This document shows, piece by piece, positions 10,121-19,793 of a stretch of DNA of 64,000 nt. The DNA is taken from IMG/VR virus record IMGVR_UViG_3300009285_003056; one strand, 5' to 3'. The notes below the pieces were generated by a model. The model ran no database searches, had not been told where the DNA came from, and saw only the letters and a program-made list of their open reading frames with translations. Origin of the DNA: a virus. The stretch's first letter is position 1. Each line of letters opens with the position of its first letter. The translations under genes and the position numbers were made by a program.

Positions 10121-13100
10121 TTATACTGTCTGGACCAGGAAAGCAGGATTGAAGTACACTCTGAGGGTTGACTCAGCAATAGCTACGGCTTGAATCTTCT
10201 CCCCTACTCCAATTGGTCTGGTGTGTGTCATCGTACCTGCTGCAGCGGGAGACAAGAAAAGCACCCCGCCAACAGTCCAACCCCATGTATCCAGACGGAA
10301 GTATCCCTGTCTCAATAGGGTGATTGAAGCATCCGCAATAGCGGCGACAGTTGCTAAGGCTGCTACTGGAGCCTTCACGGATGGGAAGGCATCACCAAAC
10401 GCCTTCCACCATTTCCCATCTGAATTCAAGTACAGGACATCGCCAGCGACTACAATCTCTCCCACTGTTCCAACTGTGGTTGTCCCCTGATATCCAAGAG
10501 TGGCACCCGGAGGGGACAACATGGTGTTGAGACCATTGGAGAGATCATAGACGATGCCATCTTCATCTACACACTTAGGCTTTTTGTCAGTTCCATAGTA
10601 GAAGGTGCCCTTAGCCAGGGTAAGCCCTGGGGCTGCCTGGGGTTCCAGTACCAATGTAGTGGGGTCGATGACACCCGGAACCGTCAACTTCCCTGTCACG
10701 GCGTTGTAGACCAACTGAAGTTGTGCCGGATTACCAAAGGTGACTTCCCCAGTTCCCGAACAATACACGTCGATAAAGGTGGGGAAAGTTCCTGCCTGAA
10801 AAGTAGCACCACCAGCTAGAGTAAAGTCTCCAAGGTCAGTATTGATAACAGGGTTGCTCGCTGTGATGTAGTAGATATCGGCAGCTGGCCCTCTATCATA
10901 TGTCTGGATAGTAATCACACCGGCAGGAGCCGATGCCCAAACCAATCCTCGACCCAAAGCATTAATTGTAATGACAACATCAGCAGCGGCGTCTCCAAGG
11001 GCGACGGGCACTGTCAATAGTCCCATAGGGGTACCAAAGTACAAAGTACCCGCTGCTGTACTGGCAATAGCAGCTACGGTCGCAGCAAGGGAAGCAGGGG
11101 TGGCATTCTGCCCCATTACTAAACGTACTGTGCCCTGTATCTGGCCAGCTTTGAGTGTGGCCGGTGTGGTGATAGCCACACTAGTATCCTCGTCGATTCC
11201 AGGGGCAAGCCAGATTCTACCTGTAGCGTCAGACCCCGCATGCACAGTATCACTGAGATAGCTACCCCCCTGAACGATTACAGGAGCAGCCAGTGGACCC
11301 GCACCGGCCCGGAAAGATGAGTCCCCACCTCGAATGATGGGCCACCCCACATGTCCATAGGACACCTGATTGGTACTCTGTGTCTGGATGCGCAGTCCAT
11401 AGTTATGGAAGAGGCCCCCATCTAGAATTGAAGCCCCCTGGACGATACCAGCCGGAAGAGAACGGGGATTTCCTGCCCCAGGTGTCAATTCAGCCGACCA
11501 AACCAACCAACCCATATTTGCTACTGGCCCTGCAGCCATCAAGTTGGGGTCAAGGTCGATCTCAGGAGTGTCAAAAACCCCCACTTTGATGTTACGCTCG
11601 ATATGCAAATTAGCATTCGTGTCGGCATAAGTTCCACCAGGAGTGGTGGAAACGGGGTGGGTCGACCCAGAGATACGCACCGCACTCTGATCTGCCACAA
11701 TCTCCCTACCAAGCCCTGCGCCTCTCGTAGGGGGTGTCAAGGATGAGAGACCATCATATGCTGCATCTAATCCTGAGTACCCACCTCCAAGTGCATTGGG
11801 GAGAGTGGAAATCATTACCAGATCGTCTATGGCATCCTGGGAGTTGGTTGATGCCAATCGCTGTGCTACAGGCACAGCAGGAAGACCAGCATGCACATCC
11901 CAGGGATCAGTTAGGTCTGGCACGTACCGAATAGACTTGCCTTGTGACTCGTAAGTAGACGTAGTTGGGTTTGCTGTGGGGAGAGTTACAGCTGTATAGA
12001 TGGTGTCCGAAAGCCTGAAAGTGGTGGCACCTGCACAGGCAGCCGTATCGAATGTTATGTTGCCTTCAACTGTGCAATTCCGCAGTGTGGCAGAAAGGGT
12101 CCCCGCTTTTGGCCCCCCATTGAACAACAGTGCGTTAGCTGCTGTCACCACAGATATCTTGGACTTTTCAAACAGGTTTATGGAAGCCAGAGAATGCAAC
12201 CCCACACAAGCAGCGGTCGTAGTGGAGATAGCAGCATCGACCAGATTGAAGGTGTAGTTAGTCGCCAAGGCGAGGTTATTCACTCGCATGGCGCTGGATG
12301 TAGCCCGGACAAAGGATCTGTCCAGTTCTGTGGTCCCTGTCACTCCATTGATCTCTACAGCATAGTGGGCGGCACCCGCTGTAGATGCATCTGAAATCAG
12401 GGTGCCATAGGTTTTGACCGTAATGGCAGCCGTGCCGTCCCCCATGACCAGGACAGAACCGCCCCCTACTGCCTGCTGTGCCAATACAGACTCAAAGAGG
12501 TAGAGAGATCCCGTGAGGGACGGAGCCAGGGCATCAATGGACAGTGTGTCAATGCCAGCAAGATTGGAAGTGAGAGTCACCCCCCGAAGAATGTAGACAT
12601 CCCCGGCTGCTGCACTGAAGAGCGTATGCCCGAGTGCCTGTGCTTGCACAATGACATCGGGAACATCGGTAGGGGTCTGTCCCTGAGTCTTATGCCCCAA
12701 TCCGATCAAGTGCACATGGGGGTGAAGGATCAAATCTTCCGAGTAGACACCTGGCTGGATGTAGATCAGATACGGTTCTGTAGCACTTACAGCGGGCTCC
12801 CCCCGGGCAGCAGCCGCAAGGGCATACGTGATCGCAAGATTGATACTACTGAAGTCCCCAAATCCTTGTGCTTTGACCGTTGCCCCTGTTGCTACCAGAT
12901 CCACAGGATCGGTGCCAGGAACCTCAAAGGTATTGGTCCGATCATCAGGGGTCTGTGTATTGTCCCAAGTAGAGCGGCCCCTATTGGCGTCGACCACTAA
13001 GATACGCCCGCTCGTGCTGACACGTCGAACAAAGAGCCCCAGCTTTTGGAGACTCAGGTTTTCGTCATTCGCCCAACCGGCCGTATCAATATCAGCTGGA

Positions 13101-13462
13101 ATCTGTTCGCTACCGTCATTCTTCTCTCCACCGGCTACAAGCCCAATGGAGCCAAACTTAGTCTCATACTGGACTCGCAGATATCTTGTATCCTCAGTGG
13201 GAAGTCCTGAATCCGTTACAAGGCGCACCATGTAAGCGCCTTCATAGTCCACCGTAAAAGCCGTTGCAATGGCATTAGGGGCCGTCATGGCGGCAGTAGA
13301 CGGGGTACCATCCATCGCTTCAGGGGCGAATGTCAGGGACCAATTGTACGTGGTATTGGGGCCTCCCGTACAGGTACAGGTAACCACGGAACCCTTATAC
13401 GCATCTGAACGGCTGGTAACTTGTACCACACCAAGAATGACTGTCTGGAACGCAGCTGACAT
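10121..13462 (-). CDS. Tailspike/fibre-like protein (1113 aa): N-terminal PKD/Ig-like domain, right-handed beta-helix region, C-terminal small beta domain
   Basis: GGAGG RBS. TTYNWSLTFAP...FTVDYEGAYMVRLV is PKD-like. EPYLIYIQPGVYSEDLILHPHVHLIGLG is a typical pectin-lyase-like beta-helix entry motif. The C-terminus GEIVVAGDVLYLNSDGKWWKA...GWTVGGVLFLS is of a type seen in phage fibre and decoration proteins. Confidence 0.6.
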   Translation of the reverse strand: MSAAFQTVILGVVQVTSRSDAYKGSVVTCTCTGGPNTTYNWSLTFAPEAMDGTPSTAAMTAPNAIATAFTVDYEGAYMVRLVTDSGLPTEDTRYLRVQYETKFGSIGLVAGGEKNDGSEQIPADIDTAGWANDENLSLQKLGLFVRRVSTSGRILVVDANRGRSTWDNTQTPDDRTNTFEVPGTDPVDLVATGATVKAQGFGDFSSINLAITYALAAAARGEPAVSATEPYLIYIQPGVYSEDLILHPHVHLIGLGHKTQGQTPTDVPDVIVQAQALGHTLFSAAAGDVYILRGVTLTSNLAGIDTLSIDALAPSLTGSLYLFESVLAQQAVGGGSVLVMGDGTAAITVKTYGTLISDASTAGAAHYAVEINGVTGTTELDRSFVRATSSAMRVNNLALATNYTFNLVDAAISTTTAACVGLHSLASINLFEKSKISVVTAANALLFNGGPKAGTLSATLRNCTVEGNITFDTAACAGATTFRLSDTIYTAVTLPTANPTTSTYESQGKSIRYVPDLTDPWDVHAGLPAVPVAQRLASTNSQDAIDDLVMISTLPNALGGGYSGLDAAYDGLSSLTPPTRGAGLGREIVADQSAVRISGSTHPVSTTPGGTYADTNANLHIERNIKVGVFDTPEIDLDPNLMAAGPVANMGWLVWSAELTPGAGNPRSLPAGIVQGASILDGGLFHNYGLRIQTQSTNQVSYGHVGWPIIRGGDSSFRAGAGPLAAPVIVQGGSYLSDTVHAGSDATGRIWLAPGIDEDTSVAITTPATLKAGQIQGTVRLVMGQNATPASLAATVAAIASTAAGTLYFGTPMGLLTVPVALGDAAADVVITINALGRGLVWASAPAGVITIQTYDRGPAADIYYITASNPVINTDLGDFTLAGGATFQAGTFPTFIDVYCSGTGEVTFGNPAQLQLVYNAVTGKLTVPGVIDPTTLVLEPQAAPGLTLAKGTFYYGTDKKPKCVDEDGIVYDLSNGLNTMLSPPGATLGYQGTTTVGTVGEIVVAGDVLYLNSDGKWWKAFGDAFPSVKAPVAALATVAAIADASITLLRQGYFRLDTWGWTVGGVLFLSPAAAGTMTHTRPIGVGEKIQAVAIAESTLRVYFNPAFLVQTV

Positions 13463-13496
13463 GGAAAACCTCCTCTACTTGCTACCTACTCAAGCC

Positions 13497-15002
13497 TTAG
13501 ATAAAGAAAAACGATGATGCGTCCTCTGTACCCACTAAATGAGCTTCCTGCATCCCCAACCGATCTACAGTCACAGTATAGGACTGTCCTGTTAGTACAT
13601 TTGCCATCCTCTTCTGTAACCTCAAGATGCTCTTAGCGAGTCGTACTTTGTATGTGGGGTAGATAACTTGCCCCTTAACTCCCCCTATGCCAGGGGCACC
13701 CACCGTAAAGGTAGTGGAGGACGGAACAGTGGCCACATTGTGGAAACCATTCAAAGTCACGTCGGAATGGCCCACGATTCGAATTGCACTGTACCCGGAC
13801 AACACTTGAAGATCATGTGGCTGAGTGGTCGTAAAGAGGGCGTCCGGAGCAGCGGAAGACCCGACGATATCTAACCCTATGGGATCCCCCACAGGACCAT
13901 GTGTTTTCTCTCCTAACAATGTCTGAAGCCGATACGTCTCAGAACCCGTCGTGAATGCAAAGGTAATAGTTGTACCCTCCGGTAATCCGGACATATCTAC
14001 GTTTGTAGTGATTACATCTCCGGTGATGGAGGCAGTACCAGTTACGGTAGCAGACGTGGTAAATGCTACAGTAGATGTCCGATCTCGACTGATGGGAAAG
14101 GCCACTGCTTCCACCACCCGGAATACCCCCACATTCGCCCCACTGGTGATAGTGAGATTCGACCCAGGCAGGATATTGGAGAAATCCCGGGTCAGATCCT
14201 GGAATAGACTCCTATCCGAAAGGGTCACACCAACCGTCCCTGACAGATGTTTGGCCCCCAACCAATACCGCCTGAAATCATCGTAGTAATGTGCATTCAA
14301 GTCCATGGAAAGGCTATCAGTGAACACGGGAACCAGGGAATCCTGGAAGACATGCCGGTATTCGTAGATCGTTTCAGCCGGGGCCAAAACATCCAAGACC
14401 AACTTCAGGTTCTCCTGTAGGGTTACCGGATCTACCGGAAATTGGGTGCCATTTGCTACAGAGATGTTGACTTCATAGAGGAATTCATCAGATAGGGCAT
14501 AGCCCGATTTGGGATCGGATCGTCGTTCAATGCTCGCCTCAACGACAGACATGAGATCATCTGTCAAGAGTCCCACGGCCTGCTCAATAGTGAGTTTGGT
14601 CCCACCCGCTAAGAGCAATGCCACCATGCCCTTTAGGAACTCTCGATAAGAGATATCCCCAGAGATGGTTGGATTGTTGCCGTCCTGTCGTCTGAAGATC
14701 AGACTCCGCAATATCTGGTGGATGAATTCAGGCCGGGTAAAGTCATAGTCGGAGTCAGAGAATACCTCGGATGCGGACACTTGAATACGGGCCATTTCCT
14801 CAGCAGCCGCTTGAAACTGCATGGTATAGAAAGGCCCTTTCACTTGACTCACATAGTTCGATGGGAGCAAACCCATGAAGGTCTTGAGCGTCTTCTCAGC
14901 CAATGCCTTGACCTTAGACTCATACTCTTGTCCAGAGAGGCTGACAGAAGCTACTCCAGACGGTAATGAATCAGGAAGGGTCTTGTCAGGACGGTCAGCC
15001 AT
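13497..15002 (-). CDS. Baseplate wedge protein, P2 gpI / tail protein I-like (~501 aa)
   Basis: Probable start MADRPDK at 15002; the track's upstream extension overlaps isrB. LPSNYVSQ...YDFTRPEFIHQILRSLIF...YREFLKGMVALLLAGG...LDVLAPAET is a gpI-like pattern, and the gene sits in the expected position after baseplate J. Confidence 0.6.
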   Translation of the reverse strand: MADRPDKTLPDSLPSGVASVSLSGQEYESKVKALAEKTLKTFMGLLPSNYVSQVKGPFYTMQFQAAAEEMARIQVSASEVFSDSDYDFTRPEFIHQILRSLIFRRQDGNNPTISGDISYREFLKGMVALLLAGGTKLTIEQAVGLLTDDLMSVVEASIERRSDPKSGYALSDEFLYEVNISVANGTQFPVDPVTLQENLKLVLDVLAPAETIYEYRHVFQDSLVPVFTDSLSMDLNAHYYDDFRRYWLGAKHLSGTVGVTLSDRSLFQDLTRDFSNILPGSNLTITSGANVGVFRVVEAVAFPISRDRTSTVAFTTSATVTGTASITGDVITTNVDMSGLPEGTTITFAFTTGSETYRLQTLLGEKTHGPVGDPIGLDIVGSSAAPDALFTTTQPHDLQVLSGYSAIRIVGHSDVTLNGFHNVATVPSSTTFTVGAPGIGGVKGQVIYPTYKVRLAKSILRLQKRMANVLTGQSYTVTVDRLGMQEAHLVGTEDASSFFFI

Positions 15003-15036
15003 GGCGCACCGGACTCGAAAATTTGTCAAGCATGCT

Positions 15037-16077
15037 TTATCTCCAATGCCATCTAAGGGCATTATACGACACAAATTTGCACTCGGATGGACGCACCACT
15101 TTGGTGAGTCGCTTCCCAGTGCCTATTGAATGCAAGCTGATTCTCTCGTTTGACGTGCCGCCTACATACGCAAGTCCGTACCGGGGGTGTTGCACGAGTG
15201 TTCCTCTCCTGAAACCCATCGATCTGGTACCACCATGTGATCTTCTCAAACCACCTTTAGCTGGTACCTCCAAATGCAATGCCCGTCTCCGGTAATCCAG
15301 AGGGGCTATGCACAATAAGCGCCCCGATGTAGGCTGTCGTTTTATTCCCAGCCCATAAAGGGCTAGGACAAAACTGTCCACACAATGGGCATCAAAGACT
15401 TCGTCCATCTTCCTTGACGTCTTTTTCAGCCCAAGGTCATCCCTCAAAGCCTTAGTCTCATATCCCGCAATCAAAACCAAGGGGAGATTCAGGACACCAA
15501 TTTGATTAGCAAAATAGGTCTTTCCTGCCTCCAAAGGCGAGAATGACCGATTCCACTTATGTTGGCCTTTCTTGGTGGTTGCCTTGATGTCCTCAATTAC
15601 CACCTTGGCGATTGGGTAGACTCTCATCAACGCTTTGACTATGGTGAGTTTCCAATCCCATCGGGCCTTCGTTGACGGCGGGATACGATCCTGTGGCATT
15701 GACCGATTGCTACGATTAACCCGGCAAGGCGTATTCCTGCCCCGCCGTGCCCGGCGCAGTATCGCCCTGCTCTCTAACTTTTCCTTGATCTTGGTTTTGG
15801 CATCCAACTGAATGTGAATTAGGTCTGTGAGTTCTGTAAGAACGGACACGCCTTCTTTCTTTGAACCTGGATCAACCCCAATGACCACAGGTTGGATCAC
15901 ATAACCAGATGGCTCTACATTGAGTCGGGCACAGAAGATACCGAGTTCGTTCACGAACGGGGTTGCCTTCCGTGTCGAGACCCACAACTCCACCCGCCTT
16001 CTTCGTGCTGGCATAAGAGGTTTGCCTTGAGATGAGACCACAGGGATTCTCTTGGCGAGTGATGGAAAAGACTTCAT
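15037..16077 (-). CDS. isrB: IsrB-family RNA-guided nickase (RRXRR/PLMP domain, split RuvC, no HNH), ~346 aa
   Basis: PLMP motif (IPVVSSQGKPLMPARRRR), RuvC-I IGVDPGSK, Arg-rich bridge helix LESRAILRRARRGRNTPCR, RuvC-II VVIEDIK and RuvC-III FDAHCVDS. No HNH/CxxC insert lies between RuvC-II and III, and the size fits IsrB rather than IscB. The 49 extra N-terminal codons in the track correspond to the RNA region. Confidence 0.85.
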   Translation of the reverse strand: MKSFPSLAKRIPVVSSQGKPLMPARRRRVELWVSTRKATPFVNELGIFCARLNVEPSGYVIQPVVIGVDPGSKKEGVSVLTELTDLIHIQLDAKTKIKEKLESRAILRRARRGRNTPCRVNRSNRSMPQDRIPPSTKARWDWKLTIVKALMRVYPIAKVVIEDIKATTKKGQHKWNRSFSPLEAGKTYFANQIGVLNLPLVLIAGYETKALRDDLGLKKTSRKMDEVFDAHCVDSFVLALYGLGIKRQPTSGRLLCIAPLDYRRRALHLEVPAKGGLRRSHGGTRSMGFRRGTLVQHPRYGLAYVGGTSNERISLHSIGTGKRLTKVVRPSECKFVSYNALRWHWR

Positions 16078-16079
16078 GC

Positions 16080-16286
16080 CTGTAAGAGCAGCAAGTTTTT
16101 CCATCTTCGCCACTGACCCTGACAGAAGTACAGAGCTTGACGAGCACTCCGTACATGCTTGCCCTGCTGTTGCCGTACCGGCAATAGCTTCGCAGGATTC
16201 AGTTGAGGTTCTAACGGTTTCCATCCCTCCCTCTTAGGCTAATCCCAGTACTCTGAAACCCAATCTTTCAAGTTTCATCCGGAATT
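16080..16286 (-). ncRNA. omegaRNA scaffold of IsrB (5' guide predicted immediately upstream, about 16287-16306)
   Basis: Read on the minus strand: 5' stem AATTCCGG (16279-16286) / CTGGGATT (16241-16248) followed by AGCCTAAG; a 9-bp stem GTACGGAGT/GCTCTGTAC (16128-16154) whose loop TCGTCA can pair with downstream TGGCGA (16107-16112) as a pseudoknot. This arrangement matches IscB/IsrB omegaRNAs as I recall them. Confidence 0.75.
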
Positions 16287-19200
16287 CTCTGTATCCTCGT
16301 CATAAGTCAGAGAGATATCCCCGGCTGTAAGATACTCCACCGCTGTGGTTCGGATATCCTGCACCCCCGTAGACTCCTCAACCTTATAGGTAACTGCATA
16401 CGTATAGTCCGTGGGGTCCCCACCTGTGGGTAACGAAATCAGGACTCGATTCTTGGTCAACAGGACGCCTTGGGCATAGCGTTCGTTCACATCCGTCATG
16501 TCCGGGAAGTCAATCTGGAGTGTGGCATCATCTGAATACCCCGGGATGACTAGCCCGTCATTTCCAACGATGTAGGCATTTCCACTCTGCGCTTTGAGGG
16601 GCATACCCAGAGAGTTCAACGTGCCCGTGAGTAGATTCAAGGCTGTCTCATCCTGTGTGACCCCCCGGAATTCTGTGATTGCCCCGCCCCCATTACTGGT
16701 AGGAGACGACAGTACGTCTTTGATCAGGTACACATCTACCAACGATGTGCCCCAGGCAGTGATCTTCTCCAGATCTCCGCTCTCGCTGGTATCCAATGTC
16801 TCTGCCAGCACCGTAGTCCCAACTGCCCGAGCTACAGTCGTAAGGGGGACCACTACGTAGGAGACTCCCGTAGTCTTCTTGATGGTTTCGATTACATCCG
16901 AAACTCGGAGGGGCGATCCTAAGCCTTTCTTGGCGAACATGGATGTGATGTTGGTTCTGATAGCCCGATCCACTACAGACGGATCAGAACCCTTCAAGAG
17001 AACCACCGTTGCCCCCACATCTACTAGAGTCTTGATCGCCTGCTTGACCACCACATCGGCAGTCAATCTCCGCTGTGGCTCCAGGTCAGCCTGGACGATA
17101 GACACTAGGGCATTGGATCGGTAAGCAACAGTGAAGTTCTCGTCATGCTCATAGTCGATCAGAAGAGACTGTCCAGAAGTGATTGTGCTCGTCTCCGTCC
17201 GTTGAATGCCGATTGCTGCCACACTGGGGTCACTGGGAACGATGATCCGATAATCAGGGGTGAGTACTCCAGTGGCAACAGGCTGATACTGGACTGTTCG
17301 CCCCACATTCCAAACTTCGATGGTGAGGATATTAGACCCAAAGAAATTCAGGTACTCTACGTAGTCCCCTAGGATGACATGAGTTTCCCCGGTCACAGTG
17401 ATAATCTGCCCGATTCGCCCAGAGGCAGTGGGGGAGTCGACCTGAATGTAATCGTCTGCCATTGAGGAGAGGCCCAAGAGAAGAGGGTTATCTTGTCTGT
17501 AAAGGGCATAGGTATCCGGGTCCACCGTACCCGTAGCTCCTGTTTCCCCAATCAGAGAGACCAGAGCAGTCACGGGCTGCCTGGACATAATGTGTTTGTT
17601 GCTGGTCCGATACCTGTAATCCCCCTGGAGTACATCTGTGAGCGTGACATTAGCAGGATCATTGTAGGCACTAGATAACTGAATGGTATCAAAAGAAGGG
17701 TAAGTGACTCCTGTAAGGCTGAACCACATACCAGACGTGACACTACGGAAACCCAACGGCGGCGTATTGGCTGGGAAATCCAACATCTCGACTAGAGGGT
17801 TCGACGGTGTCAATGTCGGATAGGTGCCCACAACAGGTACGGCTCTGAAGGTCAAATCTTGGGGGTCCCCCACGATCTCAAAATTGACCCCATAGGCGAT
17901 CTCGTAGGTGAATGCAAAGGTGTCTGAAACCGTGGCTGAATTTTCCCCACGTACCCAAATGTCGACCTTGCCCCCGATGTGCCGCCCCAATGTGGAGTCA
18001 TAATCCCTCTTCATCAGGGCATCCCCACTGGGGATTACATTGACACCTGAAACCCCCGCCATATTGACACAGGCTTCCGTGTAACCTTGTCGAGTCCCAC
18101 CATCCAGCCCCGTGAGAGCCCCCTGGCACCGTACAGCCAGCTCCCGATTGGACTCCCTGTTGTACCCGCCATACGTCTTTGCTTCGTTGGTAACGAAAAC
18201 ACCTGTGATACCACGAACACCCGTAATTTGCCCAGCGGGCACATTTCCGCCAGTCCCCACTTCTTCCGCCTGGATGAAAGCCCTGACGGAATATCTACCC
18301 GTGGCAGCATTGTAGAAAGACGCAATGTTGGAGATACTGATCTCGGCGGCAGAAGATGTCCGAAATAGAACAGAGCCACTATAGGCAATGGTACCAATCG
18401 GAATGGGTATACTCCGACTGGGCCGTTTGGTCGTGTAAAATGTGGCCTCACCCTTAGCCAATTTTCCTAGTAGCCTGGACTTCCCGTAATTGGACGCCAA
18501 CTTCTCGAAGATAGAGTCGATGACTGTCTGTACATCGTTCAGGTTGGACATCCTGAATGCCTGTGCTAAGGCAATCTTATAGTTGGACCGATCCGGGGCA
18601 ATCGAGAATCCCGTGAAGTTGGGGTCATCTATAGCCAAGAGCGTGGAGAATGACTGTGCCTTATGGATGAAATCCAGTATGAACCTAACTCGTTCTGCCT
18701 CTGTGGAGAACGGATCCAGGAAAGTATCCCGCAACACCGATCCCGGCTGTGTGGACACCCCAGGGTTCGACCTATAAATGGACACAACCCCATCCTTCAC
18801 GATTTGGGGTCGAGTTACCATGGGGAAGGAACCCACCGAAGTCGTAATCCTAAGAGGATATCCGGGGATCTCCATGGACATCGGGGACTCAACCTCTACT
18901 GCAATCGTAGAGTCATAGTAGACAGCCGTTACAGTGTAGTAGATGGGCTCTGTCTGAGGCGTAGACGCCAACTCTCCTACAGGGATAGCTGGATAAGTAG
19001 ACGTGGTGTCTGCATTCCGATCATGAAAGAAGTAGTAGGTAGACGTATCCTTCACAGAGGAGACAGTTGTATGGATACGTATCTTCGTGACGGTCTCGGG
19101 AATGTTCACCCGCTCGTTGAAATCCATCTCCAAGGTGGTTCCGTTCCGATCCTCTTGCGACCCTTGGATACGAAAGAGCTGTGGGTCTGCAAGTGGAATT

Positions 19201-19790
19201 CCGTTGGTATCTACTGCGACCGTGGCATCAACGTCTAACTCCCCCAACTCGCTCTCATCTTCTCCTTGTACGCTCTCCAGGGTTGTAATTGTATTGACAT
19301 TGATCCGATGGTATCCTGTAGAACCGCCTCCGGTCGCTGTAGCAGCGTAGAAATTGTATCCTGTGACTAGTGTACTGTCGATGCCACTTACACCCACCTT
19401 CACGAGCCCATCCATCTTCTCTACCGTAATCCCTGTGGGGGCCTGGACCACTAGGTTCACATCGTTTGCTTGAACCAATCTTACTGTGACAGTGGCTTCT
19501 CCAGATGTATCCCCTGTCGTGTTGATGGAACGAACTTTGATGGTGTTGTCCCCAGGCAACAATTGCAACCCATCTGGATACTTGGATGGGTTGGGGACTG
19601 TGAAGGAGGCCCCCTCGAAAGTAATCAGATCAGGATCGTCCTCGAAGGCACTCCCAAATGCTGATATTTGCATGTAGATGGTGTCAGCATCTATAGACCC
19701 CGTGAAGAATCGAGTGGAGACGGTGGTGTGGAAAATGAACGTCTCCCGATAGACTCCATCAGGACCAAGGAATTTGGGTGTCGTCGCCAT
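16275..19790 (-). CDS. Baseplate J-like wedge protein (T4 gp6 / P2 gpJ family) with N-terminal Ig/FN3-like extension, 1171 aa
   Basis: AKGEATFYTT...IPIGTIAY...VRAFIQAEEVGTGGNVPAGQIT...VTNEAKTYGGYNRESNRELAVRCQGALTGLDGGTRQGY is the Baseplate_J signature. The gene follows the gp25-like gene. Confidence 0.85.
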   Translation of the reverse strand: MATTPKFLGPDGVYRETFIFHTTVSTRFFTGSIDADTIYMQISAFGSAFEDDPDLITFEGASFTVPNPSKYPDGLQLLPGDNTIKVRSINTTGDTSGEATVTVRLVQANDVNLVVQAPTGITVEKMDGLVKVGVSGIDSTLVTGYNFYAATATGGGSTGYHRINVNTITTLESVQGEDESELGELDVDATVAVDTNGIPLADPQLFRIQGSQEDRNGTTLEMDFNERVNIPETVTKIRIHTTVSSVKDTSTYYFFHDRNADTTSTYPAIPVGELASTPQTEPIYYTVTAVYYDSTIAVEVESPMSMEIPGYPLRITTSVGSFPMVTRPQIVKDGVVSIYRSNPGVSTQPGSVLRDTFLDPFSTEAERVRFILDFIHKAQSFSTLLAIDDPNFTGFSIAPDRSNYKIALAQAFRMSNLNDVQTVIDSIFEKLASNYGKSRLLGKLAKGEATFYTTKRPSRSIPIPIGTIAYSGSVLFRTSSAAEISISNIASFYNAATGRYSVRAFIQAEEVGTGGNVPAGQITGVRGITGVFVTNEAKTYGGYNRESNRELAVRCQGALTGLDGGTRQGYTEACVNMAGVSGVNVIPSGDALMKRDYDSTLGRHIGGKVDIWVRGENSATVSDTFAFTYEIAYGVNFEIVGDPQDLTFRAVPVVGTYPTLTPSNPLVEMLDFPANTPPLGFRSVTSGMWFSLTGVTYPSFDTIQLSSAYNDPANVTLTDVLQGDYRYRTSNKHIMSRQPVTALVSLIGETGATGTVDPDTYALYRQDNPLLLGLSSMADDYIQVDSPTASGRIGQIITVTGETHVILGDYVEYLNFFGSNILTIEVWNVGRTVQYQPVATGVLTPDYRIIVPSDPSVAAIGIQRTETSTITSGQSLLIDYEHDENFTVAYRSNALVSIVQADLEPQRRLTADVVVKQAIKTLVDVGATVVLLKGSDPSVVDRAIRTNITSMFAKKGLGSPLRVSDVIETIKKTTGVSYVVVPLTTVARAVGTTVLAETLDTSESGDLEKITAWGTSLVDVYLIKDVLSSPTSNGGGAITEFRGVTQDETALNLLTGTLNSLGMPLKAQSGNAYIVGNDGLVIPGYSDDATLQIDFPDMTDVNERYAQGVLLTKNRVLISLPTGGDPTDYTYAVTYKVEESTGVQDIRTTAVEYLTAGDISLTYDEDTENSG

Positions 19791-19793
19791 ACA

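Larger units (their letters stand above)
15010..16286 (-). mobile_element. Non-autonomous IS200/IS605-superfamily OMEGA element (omegaRNA + isrB); ends approximate
   Basis: isrB plus an upstream structured RNA interrupts the otherwise tightly packed baseplate J - baseplate I gene pair. No tnpA (Y1 HuH) gene is present in the window. Confidence 0.75.

Noticed and set aside
15037-16077. Calling the nuclease IscB, Cas9 or TnpB
   Set aside because: There is no HNH domain and no CRISPR array, and it has PLMP plus a split RuvC rather than the C-terminal RuvC/Zn-finger layout of TnpB.
16078-16224. 49-aa N-terminal extension of IsrB in the ORF track
   Set aside because: It overlaps the predicted omegaRNA stems and pseudoknot. 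IsrB proteins normally start a few residues before the PLMP motif.
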